Below are positions 1 through 10,753 of a DNA stretch of 64,000 nt, piece after piece; within the stretch, counting starts at the first letter, position 1; the number at the start of each line of letters is the position of its first letter. The stretch covers positions 7,316,001-7,380,000 of the forward strand of contig JBHGNT010000017.1 in NCBI GenBank assembly GCA_043228905.1. The letters run 5' to 3'. Made by a program: the position numbers and the translations under genes. The notes beneath the pieces are model-generated. The model was not told the DNA's origin, ran no database searches, and saw only the letters and a list, made by a program, of their open reading frames with translations. This DNA comes from Azolla caroliniana. Lineage: Eukaryota > Plantae > Polypodiophyta.

Positions 1-129
1 TGACATCGAACCCAAGATGTAGTGTATGAAAACTTACCAATAGGATAAGCTAATTATGAGAGAGAGAGAGAGAGAGATGTAGCTCAGTTTGTAAGGTTGC
101 TCAATGGAGACCAGGTTGTCATAGGTTGA

Positions 130-295
130 ACCCTTACATTCCATGGTGGCATTTAGTGAATTAAGAGATATATTTATATGAAGTATATAATAGAGAGAAG
201 TGAGAAATTTGGGTTTCGAACCCAAGACGCAATGCTTGAAGTGTTAACAATTTATCACTAGGATAAGCTAATTACGATAAAGAGAGAGAGAGAGT
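130..295 (-). repeat. tRNA-like/SINE-like dispersed repeat with (GA)n; related copy at ~63755-63905
   Basis: The minus strand reads ...cctagtgataa...cttgggttcgaaaccc, which resembles a B-box/T-loop. The same block (cattcca-ggtggcat-tagtgaattaagagatatat...gggtttYgaaccca...gtgttaacaa) recurs near 63760-63900, and a partial copy lies at 1-60. Confidence 0.45.
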
Positions 296-299
296 GCTC

Positions 300-492
300 C
301 TTTCGCCCTCTTCATTGCAAGACAATTCACAAGTTTGTTGAATGTTCTATAGGTTATATCATTTTGAAGTACTTATCAAAGGTTTGACAAGTCATATCCG
401 AGTGTATTTAATGCCTGAATTATTGAATTTTGCTCAGTATGTTCCAAATGGTTCAAATTTTTATGATATTGGGGGTTGCAACACATGTGGAA
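300..492 (+). mobile_element. Degenerate LINE ORF2 3'-end fragment
   Basis: Homologous to 43735-43920 and 16300-16520 (caaatggttcaaatttttatgaYattgggggttgcaacac). It translates to remnants resembling a non-LTR ORF2 C-terminus. Confidence 0.45.
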
Positions 493-519
493 GGCATGAG
501 GCATAAGTATTGACATAAC

Positions 520-3500
520 TACTGACAGGTACTTCAATGCTCAGACGAGCGCCTGACACTAACTACAAGACAATGTTAACCTAGTTGTCTAGGCTACTAC
601 TAGGCTTTCGATTCCCGCTTGAATCCGGCTCTCCGATCCATCTCCCCGATCCGGCCGGTTGTTTCTGGATACCATCTGGATACCAATCCGACTCATCCTT
701 CCAGATGCCGATCCGGATCCGTTTGATCTTGCTCGCTCAACACTCCCCCGCAAGCTCAACTTGAGGTCAGATCGTGGTGTTAGTGTCCGTGGCAGCCGGT
801 TCTTCTACCCAGCTCCTTTTGGGATCACTCTGCCTTGCTTGCGCTCCTCGTCCGGTCCGATCCTGTTTGCCACGACCCTTTTGGTTCTGCGCACCTCGAC
901 CTCCTCGGTCGGCTTGTCTACTCAACAAGACCATTTCATTTCCCTCGTTGTTGCGACTCCGGCGCTTGTCGACCCTTCCGTTCCTTCGTGTTGGCGTCGA
1001 CTTCCGCTGCGTCCGTGTCCGCTTGGCCTTTAGTTGATCCGGCTTCTCTGAATCTTGAACCGAATCCCGTTTCCTTTGATTCGTTCCAACTCTTGTCTGA
1101 ATCGGTCGCTCCCAATTTGTTCCGGCTCTTGTCTGAGTCGGTGTTCTCCAACTCTTCTTCCGGTTTCAGGCCCTTCACCATATTAGACCATGTCTGGGTC
1201 TTGGCCTTCTCCTTCTGGTCGGTGTTGTCCTTCTTGACTCTGCCGCCACTGCCGCTCGTTCCGACTTGTTCGGATGTGCAGACTTCCTTCGTTGACTCGG
1301 CTTCCTTTTTCCTCTTGTCTCCCCCCTTGGTTCTTCCTTCCTCTCCGATTCCTTGTCCGGTGCCATCACCAATGCCTTTGCCCGTTCCTGTTCTCCCCCT
1401 GAAGTGTGCCACGTAGAGATGTTGAACACCAAGCATTGCGGTGAAGTGCTGCAAACCTGTCGATGCATCTAAACATACCGAAGTTCGACTTCACTGCTCA
1501 AGACCCGCTCATGCACAAAGTGAGAATGCATTTCTATGTCGGCATCGGTATATCCGACTAGCTTCCCAACTATACTGTGTCGGTATAACAGTCTCCGATC
1601 CTTCGTGCCGCTAACTACACTAACTACCAGAGTATCTGGTGTGCACACTGAAGGTGCTCGACGGTCGGCTTCTGCATGAACTGGTAACTGATGTCGGGTC
1701 GAGTGATTGTCAAGTATATGAGGCTTCCGACAATTTGTCGGAACAGTTTCTCATCGCAAGCTGGTCCGAAGTCGAGACATAGCTTTAGGTTCTGTTCCAG
1801 GGGTGTAGAGATCGGTCAACATTCTGTCATGCCGAACTTTTACAACATATTGAACACATAATGTCGTTGTCATAACAATATGCCGTCGGGGGTTCGGATC
1901 ACCTCGATCCTGAGAAAATAACGAAGGTCCCCTAGGTCCTTCATTTCAAATGCATCCAACAATTGGGACATCACTAGGCCGATTTCAACGAGTCTGGGTC
2001 TGGTGATGACTAAATCATCTACATAAAGCAAAATGAAAACCGGACCATCTAGACCTTCTCGGATGACCAACGATGAGTCGGATTTAGAGATCGCAAACCC
2101 CATCTTACGTAACCGGTGTGTGATCTTCACATTCCAAGCTTGGGAGGCTTGTTTCAGACCGTCAAGTGACTTCTTAAGTCGGCACACTACCGACTTGTTC
2201 ATCTCTGATTGGAAACCGGAGGGTTGGATCATATAGACCCGTTCATCAAGATCACCTTAAAGAAATGCATTCTTCACGTCATTTGGTGAAGATGTCATCC
2301 CCTTGCCGTAGCAACCGCCAGTACCACACGAACTGTCATCATCTTCGCTACTGGAGTGAAGGTCTCGTCGTAGTCGATTTCGTGGGTCTTTGCGTATCCC
2401 TTCCCCACTAACCGGGCATTGTACTAGTTAACCGAACCGTCAACATTGTACTTTACCTTGTACACCCATTTGCAACCGATCGGTTTACAGTGTCAGGGAG
2501 GGTCAACGAGGTCCCATGTGTCATTGGCATCTACTGCCTGCATTTCTTCCTCCATAGCGGCACTCCAATTTGCGTCCTTTACCGCTTTTGCGTAGCTCTC
2601 TGGCTCATGCACTTCCGCCACCTTAGTCATGAATGCATAATGATGCGCCATGTACCCATTGTACCCGTACCGAGTAATGGGGTTCTTCTGGCGGGAAGAC
2701 CGGCGTAACTTGTCATTACCCAATTTGGGGCCCTTCTTGGCCGGTTCGGGCTTCGTTCCCGAAGATCTGCCTTTATCCTTTAGGGTTGGATTCGCTCCGA
2801 TCTGACCCTTCACTACCGGTATCATATTCCGGCATCTTCTTCTTCCCCTTCTCTTTGTGCGTGAACCGTCTCCTCGGTTCCTTGCATAGGGAGTGCACGA
2901 CAGACTCTCCACTACTCGACTGGTCATTCAGACTCACCCGTTCATTCGCTGCACTCAGGGAGCGCACGGCCGACTCTCCACTACTTGCCGGTTCTTCATC
3001 CGACTAGTCATTCCGACTCACCCGCTCATTCGGTGCACTCAACTGGTATGAGATCAGAATCTCTTCTAGAGTGCCGAAGTCTTCATCTGCTACCTAGACC
3101 TCCTCGGGCTCACTAGCCTCATCTTCCAGAATCGGGTCTTCGTCGGGAGATGGGCAGGGTGTACCATGATGCCGACTCATCAAACTCGACATCTCAGCTT
3201 ACTCGTACCTGCTTAGTTTGGGGGTTATAGCACTTATACCCCTTTTGCTCATGCGAGTAACCGACCAGGATGCACTTCTCCGACGTCGGATCAATCTTCT
3301 TCCGCTTCTCATTTGGTACATGCATGTATGCTATGCTACCGAATATCCGAAGCTGTGTCAAATTCGTCTTGCGCCCGAAATACAGCTTGTGTGGTGACAC
3401 CTTGTCACCGATCCGGTTTTGGATGTAGATGGTCGTTTGGACCGCCTCAGCCCAGTAGAATTAGGGCATGCTCTTCTCCTCCAACATTGCCTTTGCTGCG

Positions 3501-5957
3501 TCGACAATAGACCGGATGTTTCGCTTGGGCACACCATTTTGTTCCGGTGTGTATCGGTAGCTCAATTCTCTCCAAATTCCATTTTGCTGCAGATGATTGT
3601 TGAATTGGCCAGAAAAGTATTCTTTTCTGCCATATAACCGCAGGCACTTGATCTTCCTCTATGTTACCCGTTCAACTAAGCTTTGAAGGTTTCGGAAACA
3701 TTCGAAGACTTCGCTCTTTGTCTCAATGAGGTAGATCCATGTGTGTCGGCACTAGTCGTCGATGAAGGAGACGAAGTATCGACTCCCGCCAAGACTAACA
3801 TTTTGTGTAGGTCCCCATACATCCGAATGGATTAGATCAAGCTTGTTACGGCTCCGGTTTCGTTCAGTGGGGAATGGAAGCCAATGTTGCTTCCTGAGTT
3901 GGCATGCTTCACAAATTTCAGTCTTCCGGCCGCTAAATTTTGGCAAACCGAAAACAAGTTGTTTCGATTGCAAGTCCTAAAGCCTCCGGTAATTGACAAG
4001 GCCGATCCCCTTGTGCCACATGTCGATGTTCGACTCGGCCTTCTGCCCTTTGGCACACATGGCGGTGACAACAACATTAGTGTTGAGGATGAACATCCTC
4101 CCTTCTCTACGCCCTTGCGCAATTATCCGTCCATCGTCCTCGATGAAGCACCTGAGGTGCGTAAACTGCACCTGCATTCCTTGTTCGACGATTTGTCCAA
4201 CCGACACCAGGTTCTTTGTGATTGTCGGCACGTGTAGTATGTTCATCAGCTTCCCCTTTTGTCCGACATGGCTTAGCGGAACTTCTCCGACATGCACAAT
4301 TGGGTGAGGGGTGTCATCTCCGTTTTTGACAACTCCTGCTTGATCCGGTTTCTCTAGAAAAGGGAACCACTCTTCATGGCTTGTCATGTGGTTGGACGTT
4401 CCAGAATCAACGTACCATACTTCCTCTAATTTGGAAGTAGTCTTCTTCATCAAGTTAGCCTTGTGCTTCAACACAAAGGTTGGCCCTTTACCAGTCTTCC
4501 CGGTTCTTGATCCTTCCGATTTTTTTGCGTAGCGCGAGCTTTGCCGGTTTTCCCAACCAACCTTGCCGGATCCAGATTTGTTCGAATCGACGCGCTTCTT
4601 CTAGCACTCGCTTTCCCTGTGGCCCTTTTTGCCATAGTACTAGCATTCCGTGCCGGCTTTTCCTTGCCGGCATCTAGCGCCCCTTTGACTCACCCTAGTT
4701 GTGGAGGGTCCGGAACTGCTGTCGGCACTACCTCTGTTCCTCTGGTTCTGCTATTGCTGACCGCCTCCATTGCGTGCCGACCACGTATATGGGACCGATC
4801 TGTCTCCGTGTACAACATCCGGTCGTCCGATTGAGTGGTCCTCGACCCAATTGCGTGGTTTTCTTCGATCATTAGCATCGATTGTAAGTCGAAAGTCTGT
4901 GGCTTCTCCTAGGTGCAGATCGCTGTCCGGATTGGCCTGTACCTTTGCACTAGACCACCGAGGCAGATTTATACCATCTCGTCTTCATCCACCGTCATGT
5001 TGATAGACCCGAGTGCATCACAAATCTCCTTTATCTTGGTGATGTAATCTGTAACCAACATGTCTCTTTCCTGGATGTTGTTCAATTCTTGCCGAAGCTG
5101 TAACTTACGGGATGTGGTACTCGCAGCGAAAAACTTCCTCAGATTTCCCCAAGCCTCCTTCAGCGTTTTTGCATCCTTTATGTAGCCAAGCATCTGGTCG
5201 TACACACAGGACGCGAGGTAGTACAATACTCAGTTCGCCCCTTGCTCCCATACTAGGAAGTCATTGTGTGCCGGCTCCGGCGCTACCTCGTTCGTTCCTT
5301 CCCAAAGCTCCAATATCCATGCCCCAGCAGGTACTAATGCATTTTATATGACCAGGACACATAGTTGCTCCGGTCGAGCTTCTCTGTGGGAAGTAAACTC
5401 ACCATACCTTTGTCCATATCTTTCTCTATCTGTCCTTACCGGGTTTTAGGGTTTGTCTTTGAAAGTGTCTGTCGGCTGCAAAGGTTCTCAACCCTCGCGC
5501 TCTGATACCATGTGAATGTAAACGTGCGGAAGCGTTAGATAGAACTAGCTCAACCGGATAACAACGGAGAATAACATGAAGGTTTAATGGAGAAGCTTAA
5601 TACACAGAGAGTATACGCGGGAGAGATAGAGACAGCGGAACGTAAACTCAAATTCAAAATAACTCTAAAACTCTGTACATACAGCGTGCTAAACAACACT
5701 ATTTATACAAGTCCTCAAAACAGCTCACAGGTACTTCAATGCTCATACGAGCGACTGACACAAACTACAAGACAATGATAACCTAGTAGTCTAGGCTACA
5801 ACTACGCTTCCGGTTCCCGCTCGAATCTGGCTCTCCGATTCGTCTCCCCGATCCGGCCGGTTGTTTTCGGATACCGATCCGGCTCATCCTTCCGTATGCT
5901 GATCTGGCTCTAGCTTACTTAGCCAATCCGGATCCCGTTGAGCTTGCTCACTCAACA
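520..5957 (-). mobile_element. Ty1/copia LTR retrotransposon A (decayed; 3' LTR truncated)
   Basis: 5' LTR 5511-5957 (TG..CA) and tRNA-iMet PBS TGGTATCAGAGC at 5499-5510. Partial 3' LTR ~520-742 with adjacent PPT. Gag, protease WYVDSGTSNHM, integrase LIHSDVWGP and RT YVDD occur in copia order, with stops and frameshifts. Confidence 0.93.
936..5430 (-). pseudogene. gag-pol of copia A, fragmented, partly deleted RNase H, charged C-terminal extension
   Basis: ORF fragments 4969-5226 (gag), 3977-4474 (protease), 3752-3973 and 3194-3400 (integrase), 1870-2232 (RT), 936-1454 (post-RNase H extension). Confidence 0.88.
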
Positions 5958-6893
5958 CTTATTCATATTCGACATCCAAGAATAATGTTTCATCCAAACA
6001 ACCCCTTTCTTTCAATGTTGAAATTATTATATATTGATTTGAGTAAGTCTTATATTATATTGTATTGCATTTCTTTGACTAGAGAGACTCTCAACTCTAC
6101 ACTACAACAAACACTATCATTTTTATTTTCATAGTAGTTATGAAAAATTTCCCAAATGTGCTAAAACATTGTCCACACAATCCAATATATATCAAATGCA
6201 TGTAGAGGGCATCTAATGCAATGGGTGTCATAACCTCGATATGGATCAACTCCTAAAGTGGATTAGATCCCTTACATTCTAGATTGTATTAGCCTTGTAC
6301 TTAAGTTTGATTAATGATTTATGGCTTTCCTAAAGGAATCAAGAGAGGATGGCGTATTGTAAATGTGAAAAACAAGGAGCAACTACCTAACAATCAAAGG
6401 AATTTATTGGTTCTCACAATATATCGTCGCTATGTAAGGGGATGTCAAGAATTGATGTCTGGTGGGCCAAATTTGGCCTTAGAAGAGTCAAGACTTAATA
6501 TATCTTTCTCTTTCTTTCTTTCTTTCTTTACATAGGCCTCACATGGGAAATGTAGTATATATCTTTTTTCATTGTTAGTAGCTATAGTTAAGGTGAGAAG
6601 ATTGGTGCCTGAACTTGTGATCCACAGTGAATGAATATAGAAGCTTGTAAAGATGGTAAAACTTTGTTGTACAATATTTGATGGGATGATGATAATAATA
6701 ATACGTTATGAGCTTGTATAGATGATAAAACTTTGTGTGCAATATTGATGGGATGATAATAATAATACGTTATGAACTTCCAAAGAAGTACATGTTACAA
6801 GAGCTACAATGTTTAAGAGTGAGAATTTAATAATAAATTTAAGAGTAACAAAATTTAAATGCATTTGCCGGATGCCATTTTATTTTCACGCAC

Positions 6894-7964
6894 TTATTCT
6901 CCTCCCAATCCCAATGACGTCGCATTCTTATGAAGCGTTATTAGCTGCAGCACTAATAATGCAGCAATAATAATGATAAAGATAATCCCAATGATGCTCT
7001 GCAAGAAAACAAATCGAGCCATTTAGCGTGTTTGATGGTGTATGATGTATAATTAAATCCCATGTAGTGAGTGTCTGGGAGGTTCATCACATACATACAT
7101 GCAATGGCATTGCGAACTTTAAAATCGAATCATTCCAATGTCTAAGGCCGTATTTTATCGAAAAATCTACTCACCATTATAACGCATCCGAGAAGGCCAG
7201 GCTTGTCTGTTGGTTTATGCGGTCTACAGTACATGATCGCGCCCACAATCCACACGGGATATAAGAACCACCCAATACCAAACCTACACACACACACACA
7301 CACAACATGTTAGACACAATGCAGGAGAACAGATTATAATTGCAAGTATGTGAACCTTGTACATTTTCTCTCTAATCCAATTGAATTTCCAAAGATGCAT
7401 TAAACATATTGTTGCAATGTTGCCATCTGAACTTATATACAAGCCTTTTTTTGTTTTTTTGCTTTTGTTTTTGTAGTTGATTGAATGGTTGTCCCACATA
7501 TTAGGCTTATTATGTCGATTTAGTATCAAGATTTGTTGGTTGATGGTTACACCATTACTTACAATATCCAGCCGATTCCAAATACGCATCCTGCTTCGGC
7601 ATTAGTTGCTGTGGTATTCTGGATAATAATTTGAAGCCCTACAAGGAAAACAAAAGGAACCTCATCCTCTCAGAAACATGAATAACATATGAATGAATGG
7701 AGAATGTATGGAATCCGGGCGAAGAAGAAGAAGATCTGGAGACATATGAAAGATAGGTAGGTAAAGAGATGTGTGAAACGAATGAGGATAGCTTATACGA
7801 TATAATCAATGCGAAGAAAGCAAAATAAGGAGGAGTAATTTGAGAAACAAAAAAAAAGATAAAGGGAATTAGGGATGATGACCAGGTTGAGGGGGCGTGG
7901 GTTGAGGGGGCGTGGGTTGTTGTTGTTGTGCAGGAGGAGGAGGAACGCCATAGCTGTCGTTCAT
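6894..7964 (-). CDS. Small Pro-rich N-terminus membrane protein, plant 'RPL18a-like' family, paralog 1 (4 exons, 123 aa)
   Basis: Exons 7964-7883, 7638-7563, 7283-7175 and 6998-6894, with GT-AG introns and consistent phases. Product MNDSYGVPPPP...AGCVFGIGWILFGIGWFLYPVWIVGAIMYCRPHKPTDKPGLLGCVIMSIIGIIFIIII.... The GIGW / PxW / DxPG hydrophobic pattern matches that family. The exon 1 donor (GTCATC) is weak but conserved in paralog 2. Confidence 0.82.
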
Positions 7965-8817
7965 GCTTGTCGGATCCTTCCTAAAGCCAAGTAAATGTAT
8001 GTATTCTTCAGGCTTTGGACAATGATGAACTAAGACAAAAAGACAAGCTGGGACTTTCAATCCTGTATTAGGTATATATATATAGTATATTACCTATGTA
8101 AGATCAAATCAATAATGGGACTTTCAAACCTATGTGTATGTGTACACATGTGTATGTGTTAGGGCATTTGACCTTGTTCTCTACATAACATGTGCTTTAC
8201 AAATCACTCTCTCAAACCCAGAGTTTTGAAAAGCGATGCCACAAGTTCTGAAAGCGATCCCGTCGCCGCCGTGCCTCCTCGTTGGGGAGCCCTCTTCTTA
8301 TGATGCAATCACCTTTATGTGCCTCAAATATCAAAGCCAAAAGTGCCTTTTTGCTAGAAAACGTCATTGTGTGTCTAGCTCTTCCCTATGTATGACAAAG
8401 TCTTCGTTTGCTTTTTATAACCAAATAAAATCGATCTCTCCCTCTCTCTCTTGCCTTCTTTTGTAAAGAAAACTGAATGTTTACTTTCACAATCATTTGA
8501 AAAGAACTCTCTCTCTTGACAACCCAACTGATGTGGTACGGATCCTTAAAAGATATATGCTCCTACTAAATAAATTGTGGCCTAGGCAAGGTCAACTTCA
8601 GGACCACAACACAATTTGATCAAAACCAAATCATGGGTATCATTATCTAACAAGCATTATTCCCCTCTTAGTTGGAATTTGTAGACCCTTTTCGATGTAT
8701 CAATGTGGTTTAATTATGTTAAATATTATATAGTTAAGTGCGAATGAATATGTCTCAATATCAAACTTCGGAGTTCACTTATAGCAGTATCATAAGTTGG
8801 ATAAGAAACCATGCAAA

Positions 8818-9353
8818 TGTAAGGAATAGCGCAGAATACTGCTCGGCCTCAACCGAGTCTTAGATCACTTCCTTTAAGGGTCAAACACACAAATGGGAAT
8901 AGAGATGAATACTCGTGCACACGCGAACAATAGAGAGTACACCGGATGTTTACGTGGAAAACCCTAATAGGGGAAAACCACGGGAGCCCACACACTCCAA
9001 ACTATCACTATATAAGGAAGGTACAATTATCAGAGACTCGGAGGCAATGACCTCGAGCTCTATGTCTTCGCCAACCGACGGTTACAACATAGGTCGCTCT
9101 GTATCTCCTCTCTCACTATACAACAGTTATGCACATACAACAATATGACCACACACAAAGTGATTGCCCTAAGTCATATTTATACTCATATGAACTTAGG
9201 GCTATTTACAAATATAGCCTTAATAGGCTTACTCATTTAACATATTTACAAATATGTCATGTCTTCCGGTTCTCACCAAGTCCACCCGATCCGGTTTCTG
9301 GATCTCTTCCGGTTCTCATTGGGTCCTTTTCATTCATAACCGAATTCCCAACA
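8818..9353 (-). mobile_element. Solo LTR (copia; same family as LTRs at 44220-44726 and 45238/55261)
   Basis: TG..CA ends and near-TSD GCAAA/GAAAA. Absent from the paralogous region. Shares tttacgtggaaaaccctaa..ggaaaacca and ccgaattcccaaca with the other copies. Confidence 0.75.
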
Positions 9354-9385
9354 GAAAATTATAATAACCACATGAACCACATTTC

Positions 9386-10148
9386 TGTTGGGAGACAGGT
9401 CGCTCCGGATGGGAAGGGAGACGAACAGTGCCGACGAACAAACTCGGCCGAGGCCGAAACGGTATGAGGAGTACCCAACTACGGAGAGCCGGATGATACA
9501 GGCCCGGTGTGAACCGGATGAGTACCCGGCTACGGAGAGCCGGATGATACAGGCCCGGTGTGAACCGGATGAGTACCCGGCTACGAAGAGCCAGATGATA
9601 CAGGCCCAGTGTGAACCGGATGAGGAGTACCCGGCTACGGAGAGCCGGATGGTGCAGACCCGGTATGAACCGGAGGAAGAGACATATTCGTAATTATGTT
9701 TCTGAGAGCCCATCGTGGCTATATTTGTAAATAGCCGAAAAGTCATATTAGTATAAATATGACTTAGGGCAAACTAAGTGGGTGTAGTTGTTGTTACTTT
9801 TCTTGTTGGTGCAAGAAGAAGAGAGAGCACGTAATAGTGTACAGAGAGAGAGTGAGAGAAAGAGGTCGTTGCCTCTGTTGTAACCGCCGCCTGTGGCGAA
9901 GAACGTGAGTCCGAGGTCGTTGCCTCCGAGAACTCATTGTTTTGTACATTCATACATAGTGACAGTTTGCAGCCTGTGGGCTGCCATGGTTTTTCCCCCT
10001 AGTTTGGGGTTTTCCACGTAAACCTCCTGTGTAGTGTGTGTGTATCTTCCTCTCCTTTGTATCGTGTTTTATTTCCCATTTTTCTGTGTATGAAAAGAAT
10101 CTCGGTTGTGGCCGAGCGTTGCGCATAAGGAACGTTGGGTTGTCGTCA
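9386..10148 (+). mobile_element. Solo LTR with internal 51-54 bp tandem repeats
   Basis: TGTTGG..GTCA ends with perfect TSD ATTTC (9381-9385/10149-10153). Empty site in the paralog at ~43327. Second copy at 47276-48093. Confidence 0.9.
9468..9672 (+). repeat. Four tandem 51-54 bp units in LTR U3
   Basis: Unit gagtacccggctacggagagccggatgatacaggcccggtgtgaaccggat(gag). Confidence 0.9.
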
Positions 10149-10264
10149 ATTTCTCCTCAAGAATCCCAACCTTTTGTAAGCCTATACAAGCGTGATCAAG
10201 GCACTGCAATATACTACGAGATTCATTTTCTAATTTATAATTGTGTTATTGAATTCTTTTCTTT

Positions 10265-10530
10265 TGCATTGTGATTAAGAAACCTACGTCGATGGAACTT
10301 GGTTGTTAGTCATGAGGAAAATATACAACACAAGTTGGTGAGGTGCTGAGTGGGAGCATGGGCAATGGATTTTTTGGGAAAACATGAGGAGACATTGCAT
10401 TGTGATTAAGAAACCTACGTCGATGGAGCTTGGTTGTTAGTCATGAGGAAAATATACAACACAAGTTGGTGAGGTGCTGAGTGGGAGTATGGGCAATGGA
10501 TTTTTCAGGAAAACATGAGGAGACATTGCA
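10265..10530. repeat. Tandem duplication of ~131 bp
   Basis: ttgcattgtgattaagaaacctacgtcgatgga...catgaggagaca occurs twice here and once in the paralog near 43450-43580. Confidence 0.85.
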
Positions 10531-10655
10531 TATGAGGAGAAACTCACAATCTTTGTTCAAATTGTTGAAATCGTGAGGTTATTGTTGTCGCCTACTAGTA
10601 ATATTTCCATTAGTTACTTAAAATCAAGGAAGAAACTGTTACCATGTTTTGGATG

Positions 10656-10696
<41 letters not shown>

Positions 10697-10753
10697 TGGT
10701 TTATAATGAATCTCAAAGGTTGTCGGAATTTGAAGATGACAAGCGATGGTTAT

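Larger units (their letters stand above)
6040..10650. repeat. Segmental duplication unit homologous to ~40100-43700
   Basis: Collinear similarity across the 3' flank, introns, promoter and upstream region. The copies differ by LTR insertions (this copy) and a MITE (other copy). Confidence 0.9.

Noticed and set aside
659-1416. Plus-strand ORFs antisense to copia elements (many similar ones across the window)
   Set aside because: They are shadow frames of pol and LTR sequence with no independent motifs.
7869-8060. Single-exon Pro-rich ORFs (also 41463-41732) or a CYSTM-type peptide
   Set aside because: They are exon 1 read into the intron. The spliced product has the GIGW membrane domain, not a CYSTM tail.
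9330-9746. Repeat-protein ORFs (also 47200-47706) or CRISPR-like repeats
   Set aside because: They arise from 51-54 bp tandem units without spacers inside TSD-flanked solo LTRs.
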